NCBI GenBank assembly: GCA_026129255.1
Contig: JAHCIJ010000002.1
Location: 785,087 to 849,086 of the forward strand
DNA length: 64,000 bases
Direction of reading: 5' to 3'
Source: Anaerolineales bacterium
GTDB taxonomy: Bacteria; Chloroflexota; Anaerolineae; Anaerolineales; UBA11579
A model generated the notes under the pieces. That model was given only the letters and a program-made list of their open reading frames with translations. It did no database searches and was not told where the DNA came from. The translations under genes and the position numbers were made by a program. Positions 50,400 through 59,139 of this stretch are shown here, piece by piece (within the stretch, counting starts at the first letter, position 1; each line of letters opens with the position of its first letter).

Positions 50400-50906
50400 C
50401 TAGTTTTCTTGCTGCTCGTACAAATAGAAGACCAAATCTTGCGGGCCGGTGTTCTCGCCGGCGTCGTGCAGGGCGCGCAGGATCTGGGCGCGGTGGTCTG
50501 TGCCGTGATTGGCCACATGCAGCAGCACCTGCCACACGGTCAGCTCGGCATCTTCGCCCTGCAGCGGCTTGCTGGCCAGCGTTTCCTCCGTGAGGTTGTT
50601 GACGTAGCTGCGCATCGCTTCTTCCACTTGGTCCCAGTAAGCACGTAGAGCGGTGCGGTCTTTGCCCGGGTTCTTCTGGTCCAGCTCTTCTTCGGGCATC
50701 GGTGCTCCGAGGTCAAGGAACCAGATGTGGTCCACACTAATCAGATGGGCAATTTGCGTGCGCAGAGAGCCTATCGAGTAATCCAGCGGCTGGGTCCAGA
50801 CCTCTTCCGGTAAATCGGCCAAGTGGCGCTGCCAGATCTTGCGATTCTCGCTGATGTGATAGTCGTACAGCGTGCGGAAGGCTTCAACGTTCACGTTTCT
50901 CTCCAA
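50400..50906 (-). CDS. DinB-family (DinB_2/DUF664-like) protein
   Basis: 168 aa with LRTQIAHLISVDHIW and LLHVANHGTDHRAQI histidine motifs. Confidence 0.75.
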   Translation of the reverse strand: MERNVNVEAFRTLYDYHISENRKIWQRHLADLPEEVWTQPLDYSIGSLRTQIAHLISVDHIWFLDLGAPMPEEELDQKNPGKDRTALRAYWDQVEEAMRSYVNNLTEETLASKPLQGEDAELTVWQVLLHVANHGTDHRAQILRALHDAGENTGPQDLVFYLYEQQEN

Positions 50907-51615
50907 AGTTTTGTTCGAGGATCTTTTCCATCGGCGGGTCGAACGGCAACGGCTCGACGCATTCAGGTACGTCGTTGACCGCGCTGCTCACTATGGGCGA
51001 GACCTGGTGATAGGTCATCTCGTCAGGCGGGTAGGGCTGCAGCAGCGCTTGCAGCGCCTTGGGGTCTGGCACCTCGCCGGGCTGCAGCCAGGCGGCGATT
51101 TGCTCAGCGGGCAAGATCACGCCCATGCGGTGGTGGATCTGCTTGACCAGCGCGTTGGGCTCGCAGGTGATGGTGGCGCAGGTCTTGATCTCGGAGCCAT
51201 CCATCGAGAGCCAGCTGTCCCACACGCCCGCCAGCGCAAACGGACGACGTGATTTCATGTGCACCCAGTAGGGTACCTTCTCGCGCTTGCGCGGAAACTT
51301 GACCCATTCGAAGATGCCATCCGCCAGCACGATGCAGCGCCGGTAGCGGAACGGGCTGCGGAAGGCGGGCGTGCGCGTGATGCCTTCGGAGCGAGCGTTG
51401 ATGAGCAGCGAGGTCATCTTGGCGCCGCTGGCGAACGAGGGGATGAGACCCCAGTTCACGAAGCCGACCTTGTCCGTGCCGTCGTTTAGCACAACGGCGA
51501 CGGGTTGGGTGGGGGCGATGTTGTAGCGCGGCGTGAGCTGGTCTGGCACACTGAGCCAGGGGAAAGTATCCCGGATGAGCTCTGGGCTGGAGGTGAGGGT
51601 GAAGCGGCCGGGCAT
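50884..51615 (-). CDS. SOS-response-associated peptidase (SRAP/YedK/HMCES family) with Pro replacing the catalytic Cys2
   Basis: MPGRF...YNIAPTQPVAVV...INARSEG...FEW...ITCEPN...IHHRMGVIL. The family N-terminus is normally MCGR, and the codon here is CCC (51612-51610). An in-frame TAA lies immediately upstream. Confidence 0.85.
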   Translation of the reverse strand: MPGRFTLTSSPELIRDTFPWLSVPDQLTPRYNIAPTQPVAVVLNDGTDKVGFVNWGLIPSFASGAKMTSLLINARSEGITRTPAFRSPFRYRRCIVLADGIFEWVKFPRKREKVPYWVHMKSRRPFALAGVWDSWLSMDGSEIKTCATITCEPNALVKQIHHRMGVILPAEQIAAWLQPGEVPDPKALQALLQPYPPDEMTYHQVSPIVSSAVNDVPECVEPLPFDPPMEKILEQNFGEKRER

Positions 51616-51654
51616 TTACGCTGTCCTTGCGAATATGTCGCTGCGGTGGCGTTG

Positions 51655-51990
51655 GCAGTTTGCTGCTGTGAAACAGCAGCAAACTGCACGCTGTAAGCTA
51701 GATGGTACGCTCCGCCGTTTAGGCATCGATGCTATGTAGGGGCGGGTCTTAGACCCGCCCTGTGACTTGACTTTGAAAGTGGCGCTGCTTGGAATATGTG
51801 TGAGAGATGGACCCTTTGCTGAGGAGGGCCAGGCGGACTGGTGGGGACTTAGAAATCCGCTCAGGATGACACTGAGTTTTGGGGACTTTGCAATCTGGCG
51901 CCAGGTTTGATCTGCGGTAGCGAGGGTCCCTTGCTGCGCTCGGGACGCACACTCGTAGGGGCGGGTCTTAGACTTGCCCCTGAACTCGGT
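51655..51990. repeat. Non-coding spacer with a perfect 15-bp hairpin and GTAGGGGCGGG...CCCGCCC repeat modules
   Basis: GCAGTTTGCTGCTGT-GAA-ACAGCAGCAAACTGC (51655-51687). GTAGGGGCGGGTCTTAGACCCGCCC (51736-51760) and a degenerate copy at 51965-51990. Confidence 0.75.
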
Positions 51991-52029
51991 GCGCATGGTA
52001 GCTGTGGTTGCTCTCACCATGCGGCCATT

Positions 52030-53229
52030 CTAACCAGGAAAGCGCGGGCGCAGTTGCGGCGTGGGCTCGGCCATGTCCAGCAGGCGCGGCTGGTAGCTGG
52101 GCTGGCGTCCGTTGAGCAGCACAAACGGTGCGCTGCGCTTGGGTACGATGCCCAGGCGCTTTAAGTCGTCCAGGCTGGTGATGGCGTGCTGGCGGCGGGC
52201 ACGCAGGATGGCATCGGCGCTTTTAGGGCCGATGCCCGGCACCAACAGCAGCTGCTCGCGGCTGGCGGTGTTGACCTCAATGGGCTGGTGCAGCAGGGTC
52301 TGCTCGGCCCAGGCGGTCTTGGGGTCTTTGTTAAGCGGCAAGTTGCCGCTCTGGTTGAAGGGCAGCTCCTCCATGGCGAAACCGTAATCGCGCAGTAGGA
52401 AGGAGGCTTGGTACAGGCGGTGCTCGCGCCACGGGTTCTCCGGGCGGTGGTTCTCTAACGGCGTGTCAATGATCGGCGAGAAGGCCGAGTAATAGGTGCG
52501 CTTGAGCTTGAGCTCATGATACAGATACTCCGAGGTCGAGACTAGCTCCACATCGGTCTCGTCGGCGCCGCCCACTACGAACTGGGTGACCGAGCTGGCC
52601 CAGCGACCATTCCAGGTGCTGGCGGGTGCCTCGTTGACGCGGATCTCCTGCGCCCACTTGAGCGGAGCCAGCAGCTCGTCTGCAAATTTCTTCATCGGCG
52701 CCAGGGTTGCCAGGCGGCCGGCGTTGGCGCCCTCGAGGTTCACTGAAATGCGGTCCGCCAGCTGCATCGAACGGCGCACCTGGTCACGGTCAGCGCCGGG
52801 CATGATCTTGAGATGCAGGTAGCCGCGGAAGCCGAGTTTGTTGCGCAGGATCTCGGCCGTATCGATCAGCTTGTCCTGCGTGGTGACGCCGCCCTTGATG
52901 ATGCCGGAGCTGAGGAAGAGCCCCTCGACCAGGCGTTGGCGGTAGGCCTGGTAGGAGACTTGGGCCATCTCATCCGGCTTGATGGTGATGCGCTGCATTT
53001 TGCTGCGGCCAGCGCGGAAGGGGCAGTAGTTGCAGTTGCGCTCGCAGGCGGTGGTCAGCATGCTTTTGACCACCTTCATCTTTCGGCCGCCGGGCAGGGC
53101 CACCTCGCTTATGGGAATTACGGGGAGCTGCCGCCCGCCGACCACCGGGGCGCAGATCTGGTCGTTCTCGCTGTCGGCTTCCAGGTGCATGTCCCGCCCG
53201 ACGACTTGCAGTTTGTGCAGCGTGTCCAT
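52030..53229 (-). CDS. Radical SAM protein with a C-terminal helix-hairpin-helix (putative DNA modification/repair radical SAM family)
   Basis: CERNCNYCPF (CxxxCxxC) and C-terminal LLLVPGIGPKSADAIL (HhH). From memory, it resembles the family usually linked to a UDG-like partner. Confidence 0.75.
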   Translation of the reverse strand: MDTLHKLQVVGRDMHLEADSENDQICAPVVGGRQLPVIPISEVALPGGRKMKVVKSMLTTACERNCNYCPFRAGRSKMQRITIKPDEMAQVSYQAYRQRLVEGLFLSSGIIKGGVTTQDKLIDTAEILRNKLGFRGYLHLKIMPGADRDQVRRSMQLADRISVNLEGANAGRLATLAPMKKFADELLAPLKWAQEIRVNEAPASTWNGRWASSVTQFVVGGADETDVELVSTSEYLYHELKLKRTYYSAFSPIIDTPLENHRPENPWREHRLYQASFLLRDYGFAMEELPFNQSGNLPLNKDPKTAWAEQTLLHQPIEVNTASREQLLLVPGIGPKSADAILRARRQHAITSLDDLKRLGIVPKRSAPFVLLNGRQPSYQPRLLDMAEPTPQLRPRFPG

Positions 53230-53242
53230 GCCGCCAGTATAC

Positions 53243-53254
53243 GCACATATGTTC
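53243..53254. promoter_or_regulatory. Possible LexA/SOS box upstream of the radical SAM gene
   Basis: GCACATATGTTC has one mismatch to the GAAC-N4-GTTC core. It lies 14 bp upstream of the start codon. Confidence 0.3.
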
Positions 53255-53290
53255 TATGATGGCAACGGTTGTCAAGGAGTTGGCTCATAT

Positions 53291-53902
53291 ACCCTCACCC
53301 GCTCGCTGCGCTCGCGCCCTCTCCCTTCAGGGAGAGGGCGGGTGAAGTCAAGATTGGGATCCAAATCAAATGGGTGAGGGCAAGTGCAAAGGCCATGTCA
53401 TTCCGAACGAGCCGCAGTTGGTACGTCATTGCGAGCGTAGCGAAGCATCCCCAAGTCAATTTTGCAAACAGGCTCGGAGATTGCTTCGTCGGCTGCACTG
53501 TGTGCAGCACTCCTCGCAAAGACGGCCATGCGAGGAGGAATCCTTTTGGCCTTTATATAGTCGACCTCGTTTGCCCTAAGGATTCCTCGCGGCTTCGCCG
53601 CTTCGGAATGACGGGTAGGCGGTAATTCACTCTACCAGTTTCGCCACACACATTCCCTTGACCCGTCTTTGCGAGCGCAGCGAAGCAATCCCCAAGGTCA
53701 ATTTGCAAAACGGGCAAGGGGATTGCTTCGTCGGCTGCACTGTGTGCAGCACTCCTCGCAAAGACGGGCGCTAGAGTCATTCCGAACGCGCCGCAGTTGG
53801 TACGTCATTGCGAGCGAAGTGAAGCAATCCCCAGGTCAATTTGCAAACAGGCTTGGGGATTGCTTCGTCGGCTGCACTGTGTGCAGCCCTTCTCGCAATG
53901 AC
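53291..53902. repeat. Cluster of hairpin elements and palindromic modules
   Basis: Complete elements at 53425-53523, 53665-53765 and 53804-53902. All have the conserved loop GTCAATTTGCAAA(A)C and the side hairpin GGCTGCAC-TGT-GTGCAGC. There is a 127-bp direct repeat, 53396-53523 versus 53776-53902. A CCCTCACCC / CTCTCCCTTCAGGGAGAGGG module is at 53291-53345. Confidence 0.85.
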
Positions 53903-53911
53903 GGGTAATGT

Positions 53912-53946
53912 AAAGAGAGCGCACTAGTGCGCTCTCTTTTTTGTTT
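53912..53946. terminator. Terminator-like hairpin
   Basis: AAAGAGAGCGCAC-TA-GTGCGCTCTCTTTTTTG. Confidence 0.55.
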
Positions 53947-53959
53947 GTATTTTGCCTTT

Positions 53960-53994
53960 AGCTAACAGCTAACCGCTGATAGCTAATAGCTGCT
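53960..53994. repeat. AGCTNNN heptamer array just 3' of the ABC ATPase gene
   Basis: AGCTAAC AGCTAAC CGCTGAT AGCTAAT AGCTGCT. Confidence 0.8.
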
Positions 53995-53995
53995 T

Positions 53996-54745
<750 letters not shown>

Positions 54746-54760
54746 GGTTCTCCTCGCAAC

Positions 54761-55957
54761 TTATCGTTTGCCCACGCCCAGCGAATCTTCCAGGCGGATG
54801 CTGACATAGGACATGGCGTAACTGAACACCCAGTACAACAGGGAGATAAAGGCGTAGACCTCGCGGTGCGTGCCCAGGAAGGCGGGTTGGGCCAGCACTG
54901 TGCGGGCAATACCCACCAGGTCGAACAGGCCCACGATCGCCACCAGCGCCGTGTCTTTGAACAGGGCGATGAACTGGCCCACCAGGATGGGGATGATGAG
55001 GCGCAGCGCCTGCGGCAGGATGATGAGGCCCATAGACAGCGGGTTGCTCAACCCCAGCGCGTAGGCCGCTTCGTACTGACCTTTGGGGATCGCCTGCAGG
55101 CCGCCGCGCACGTTCTCCGCCAGGTAGGCGGCGCTGAACAGCGTGATGCCTACCATGGCGCGCAGCACACGGTCGATGGTCAGCCCTGCCGGCAGGAACA
55201 GCGGCAGCATGAGCTGCGCCATGAACAGGATCGTGATCAGCGGCACGCCGCGCACTACCTCGATGAAGGTGACGCAGAACCAGCGCACAATGGTTAGGTT
55301 GGATTGGCGGCCCAGGGCCAGCAGCACACCGATGGGGAACGAGAATACGATGCCCACGATGGTGAGCATGAAGGTCAGCATCAAGCCGCCCCACAGGTTG
55401 GTACCCACCAGGGGCAGCACGCCGCCCTGTGCGCTGAAGCCGCGCAGCAGCAGGATGAAGATGGGCGGCCACACCACCCAGCCTATGCCCACTACGTTGC
55501 GCATTGCCTTGCCCGCACCGCGCCCAAGCCACCAGCCGGCAGCCAGCAGCGCGGCCATGCCGAGCAGCCAGAGACGCGAAGACTCGCCGACGGCGAACGC
55601 CAGCGCCAGCAGCACGGCGACGAGCAGCACGGTGAAGCGCGTGGAGGTTTTACCCTTGCCCCAGATGGAGAGCGAGTTGCCGATCAGGAAAGCCAGCAGC
55701 GCCATGGAAACCCAGATGCGCCATACCTCGGCGATCGGGTATTGGCCTAGCAGGATCAGGCGCAGGTTGGTGACGATGACGGCCCAATCCGCTTCGGTGA
55801 AGACCCACTGCAGCAAACCGCGCAGCGTGACGAAGGTCAGCCAGCCTGCCGCAACGGTCAGGATGGCGTTACCCCATGAATTGAACAGGTTCTTGCGCAG
55901 CCAGCCTAGCAGGGAGCGGCGCTCGGCCAGGGGTGGTTTCAGTGTCATTTCGCTCAT
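54761..55957 (-). CDS. Amino-acid ABC transporter permease (AapM-like)
   Basis: 398 aa, polytopic, with EAAYALGLS (EAA loop). Confidence 0.85.
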   Translation of the reverse strand: MSEMTLKPPLAERRSLLGWLRKNLFNSWGNAILTVAAGWLTFVTLRGLLQWVFTEADWAVIVTNLRLILLGQYPIAEVWRIWVSMALLAFLIGNSLSIWGKGKTSTRFTVLLVAVLLALAFAVGESSRLWLLGMAALLAAGWWLGRGAGKAMRNVVGIGWVVWPPIFILLLRGFSAQGGVLPLVGTNLWGGLMLTFMLTIVGIVFSFPIGVLLALGRQSNLTIVRWFCVTFIEVVRGVPLITILFMAQLMLPLFLPAGLTIDRVLRAMVGITLFSAAYLAENVRGGLQAIPKGQYEAAYALGLSNPLSMGLIILPQALRLIIPILVGQFIALFKDTALVAIVGLFDLVGIARTVLAQPAFLGTHREVYAFISLLYWVFSYAMSYVSIRLEDSLGVGKR

Positions 55958-57139
55958 TTAGCGCTCCACCAAACGCGCACGGGCGTTGTACCAGTTCATG
56001 AACACAGAGGTCACCAGGCTGAAGAACAGATAGGTCAGCATCACCAGTGTGATCATCTCTACGGCGCGGCCGCTCTGGTTGAGGATCGTGTTGGAGACAT
56101 AGAACAGGTCGGGGTAGCCCACCGCGATCGCCAGCGAAGAGTTCTTGGTCAGGTTGAGATACTGGCTGGTGAGCGGCGGGATGATGACTTGCAGCGCCTG
56201 CGGGAACACCACCAGGCGCAAGGTTTGGAAGCTGGAGAGGCCGAGGGCGCGGGAGGCTTCTACCTGGCCTTTGGAAACGGCCTGGATACCGGCACGCACC
56301 ACCTCACCGATGAAGGCCGCGGTGTACAGCACCAGGCCGGATACCAGCGCCATGAACTCGGGCGTAAAGATGCGGCCGCCGCGGATGTTGAGCCCCTGCA
56401 CCGCGGGCAGATCCAGGCTGAGTGGGGCGCTGGGCTGCAGCAACCAGCCCGCCACCGCCACTGCCAGAAACGCCAGCGGCGCCCACACGATGGCCAGCGG
56501 CGATTTGCCCGTGCGCTTGCCCTGCCAGCGGAAATACAGGATGAGAGCGATCGCCAGCACGAGGCCTGCGATCAAAAAGAGCTTGAAGGTGGGCCAGGTT
56601 TCGGTGGGCAATCCCCACGGGATGGCGATGCCGCGGTTGGTGAGCAGGACATTGCCCGGCCAGGTGATAGCCTCGCGTACCAGAGGCAGTTTGAGGAAGA
56701 CGCCCAGATACCAGAAGATGAGGAACACCAATAAAGACAAGTTGCGCATCAATTCCAGGTAAGCGGTCGCCAGGAAGCGCACCAGCACATTGCTGGAGAG
56801 GCGCGCCACACCCAGGATGACACCCAGGATAGTGGCGAACAGGATGCCCACGGCGCTCACCAGCAGCGTGTTGTACAGGCCGGCCATGAACGCCTGCCAG
56901 TAGGCCGAGCTGCGTGTGTAGCTGTTCAGGGTTTCTGCGAGGTCAAACCCCGATGTGTTTTGTAAAAAGGAAAGCCCCAGGGTGGTTCCCTGTTGGCGCA
57001 AACCGTTGACCATGTTGCCGAAAAGCATATTGCCGAAGAACAGTACCGCCGCGCCAAAGATCACCTGCGCCAGCAGTTTGAGTACTCGTTCGTCTCGCCA
57101 GAACGGCGGGCTGGCGGATGCCTTGTGGGCGTTTGCCAT
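55958..57139 (-). CDS. Amino-acid ABC transporter permease (AapQ-like)
   Basis: 393 aa, polytopic, with EASRALGLS (EAA loop). Confidence 0.85.
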   Translation of the reverse strand: MANAHKASASPPFWRDERVLKLLAQVIFGAAVLFFGNMLFGNMVNGLRQQGTTLGLSFLQNTSGFDLAETLNSYTRSSAYWQAFMAGLYNTLLVSAVGILFATILGVILGVARLSSNVLVRFLATAYLELMRNLSLLVFLIFWYLGVFLKLPLVREAITWPGNVLLTNRGIAIPWGLPTETWPTFKLFLIAGLVLAIALILYFRWQGKRTGKSPLAIVWAPLAFLAVAVAGWLLQPSAPLSLDLPAVQGLNIRGGRIFTPEFMALVSGLVLYTAAFIGEVVRAGIQAVSKGQVEASRALGLSSFQTLRLVVFPQALQVIIPPLTSQYLNLTKNSSLAIAVGYPDLFYVSNTILNQSGRAVEMITLVMLTYLFFSLVTSVFMNWYNARARLVER

Positions 57140-57218
57140 GCAAACCTCCTACTTACGAATACGGGGGCGGGCTTTGTGCCCGCCCCCGTATTGAAGTACG
57201 TGTTACGAGTAAATCGAT

Positions 57219-58340
57219 CTAGCGGAAGGGCGGAGCGTACAGCAGGCCGCCCTCGGTGTAGAGGCTGTTCAGACCGCGCGGGATGTAGGTCGGAGTGTCC
57301 GGACCCAGGCTGCGGTTGTAGACCTCTTCGTAGTTGCCGACCTGGCTGATGATGTTGTAAGCCCAGTCGCTGGAGAGGCCCAGAGCTGCGCCCAACTCAC
57401 CCTCGTGGCCCAGCAGACGCAGGACTTCGGGGTTGGCGCTGCCGCTCATGCTGGCAACATTGGCGGAGGTGATGCCGAACTCCTCAGCGGAGATCAGAGC
57501 AAACACGGTCCACTGCGCAATGTCGAACCACTGGTCATCACCATGGCGAACCATGGGGCCCAGGGGCTCCTTGGACATGGTGACATCCAGGATGATGTGA
57601 GCATTCGGGTCAGCCAGCACGGTGCGGCGGGAGATCAAGCCGGACTTGTCGGTGGTCACCGCGTCGCAGCGCTCTTCGGCGTAGGCGGCAAAGGTGCCGT
57701 CTGCGTCTTCAAACACGGCCGGGGTGTAGCTCACACCCGCGGCGGCGAAGACGTCCGCCAGGTTCAACTCGGTGGTGGTGCCGGTCTGTACACAGATCGT
57801 GCCGCCATCCAGGTCTTCCAGGGTGGTGATGCCGCTGTCCTCGCGCACCATCAGGCCTTGGCCGTCGTAGAAGGTGGTGTGCACGAAGTTGCCACCCAGC
57901 TCGGTGTCGCGCAGGGTGCTCCAGGTGGTGTTGCGGCTCAGCACGTCGATCTCACCAGATTGCAGGGCGGTGAAGCGCTCGGCGGCGGTCACAGGGCGGA
58001 ACTCAACTGCGTTGGCGTCGCCAAAGACAGCGGCGGCCAGGGCGCGGCAGTAGTCCACGTCCACACCGGAGAAGTTGCCATCGGCGTCAACATAGCCGAA
58101 GCCAGGCACCTGGGAGTTGGCGCCACAGATCAGGTGGCCACGCGCACGCACGGCCTCCAGGGTTACGCCGTAGCCAGAGGGGGTGGTGAACACCACCTCG
58201 GCGGGAGCCGCAGCCGGGGCCTCAGTGGCCGCAGCGGGCTCGCCGTTGCCAGCGGCCGGGGCAGCACCGCCACCACAAGCGGCGAGCAGCACCGCAGTGG
58301 CAAGCAGCAGCCCAAAAATCGGGTAGAGCTTCTTCGTCAT
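57219..58340 (-). CDS. General L-amino-acid ABC transporter substrate-binding lipoprotein (AapJ-like)
   Basis: Lipobox LLLATAVLLAAC and LICGANSQVPGFGY.D..G...G.DVDYCRALAAA. The start is trimmed to ATG 58340. Confidence 0.85.
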   Translation of the reverse strand: MTKKLYPIFGLLLATAVLLAACGGGAAPAAGNGEPAAATEAPAAAPAEVVFTTPSGYGVTLEAVRARGHLICGANSQVPGFGYVDADGNFSGVDVDYCRALAAAVFGDANAVEFRPVTAAERFTALQSGEIDVLSRNTTWSTLRDTELGGNFVHTTFYDGQGLMVREDSGITTLEDLDGGTICVQTGTTTELNLADVFAAAGVSYTPAVFEDADGTFAAYAEERCDAVTTDKSGLISRRTVLADPNAHIILDVTMSKEPLGPMVRHGDDQWFDIAQWTVFALISAEEFGITSANVASMSGSANPEVLRLLGHEGELGAALGLSSDWAYNIISQVGNYEEVYNRSLGPDTPTYIPRGLNSLYTEGGLLYAPPFR

Positions 58341-58525
58341 ATCTTTTTCTCCTTCAAAACTTCTGGTTGGTATGACTTGGCCTCGTGGCCACGCTTTGGA
58401 AAACTCAGCAACACCGTGCGCATGGCACTGCCCCAAAGCGCTAAAGACAGATTGGGATTATAAGTGGAAAAGCGAGAATGAATCAACCCACAACTGGCAA
58501 TTGGGTGACGCGCAATTGTGAAGTT

Positions 58526-59113
58526 TTAAGATTTAAGTTCGGAAATCTCTGGTAGCTCGGTTTGCTGCACCAGGCTATCCAGGTTGAGGACAGGCAAGTC
58601 CTCGATCTTGCTCAGGCCAAAATGCTGCAGAAACTCGGAGGTGGTCGAGTACAGGATCGGGCGGCCGGGGCCGTCTGCGCGGCCGGCTTCTTCCACCAGG
58701 CCGTGGGTGAGCAGGGAGCGGATCGAGCTGTCGCTGTTGACGCCGCGCACGGAGTCGATCTGCGGGCGCGTGATGGGTTGCTGGTAGGCCACGATGGCCA
58801 GACACTCCAGGGCGGCGGCGCTGAGGCGCGTGGTGGCCTCCAGGTGCAGGAAGCGCTCCACCAGCGGGGCGGCTTCGGGAGCGCTTACCAGGCGCAGCTC
58901 CCCGCGGTAACGCTGCACGCGGATGCCGCGGCTGGCCAGGCTCTGCTCAACGGCCACCAAAGCGGCCTCCACCTGCTTGGGCGGTACTTCGAGCGCGGCG
59001 GCCAGCTGGTTCACAGCCACCAGGCCGGGGGCAACAAACAACAGCGCCTCAATGCGTGCTTCGAGGGACAAGGTTTCTTCTGTTGTGGTGACTGCTTGCT
59101 TTTTTGCCGCCAT
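58526..59113 (-). CDS. scpB: Segregation and condensation protein B (ScpB)
   Basis: IEALLFVA, the tandem wHTH pattern, ITRPQIDSVRGVNSD, and LL..GL. The start is trimmed to ATG 59113. Confidence 0.85.
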   Translation of the reverse strand: MAAKKQAVTTTEETLSLEARIEALLFVAPGLVAVNQLAAALEVPPKQVEAALVAVEQSLASRGIRVQRYRGELRLVSAPEAAPLVERFLHLEATTRLSAAALECLAIVAYQQPITRPQIDSVRGVNSDSSIRSLLTHGLVEEAGRADGPGRPILYSTTSEFLQHFGLSKIEDLPVLNLDSLVQQTELPEISELKS

Positions 59114-59139
59114 GCTATAGTTACTCAGCTTTTTCTGGG

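Noticed and set aside
51616-52020. 134-aa ORF (and similar ORFs at 53269-53625, 53553-53780, 53669-53908, 38022-38449 and 50315-50593) within repeat clusters
   Set aside because: These are translations of palindromic repeat modules (recurrent strings such as SKTRPY, DCFVGCTVCS, VIASEVKQSP). They are read equally well on both strands and have no start context.
49713-53902. Considered whether the regularly recurring modules at 49.7-50.3 kb and 53.3-53.9 kb are CRISPR arrays
   Set aside because: The repeats occur in both orientations and have variable length. The 'spacers' are themselves repeated (a 288-bp tandem unit; a 127-bp direct repeat). No cas genes or leader are present.
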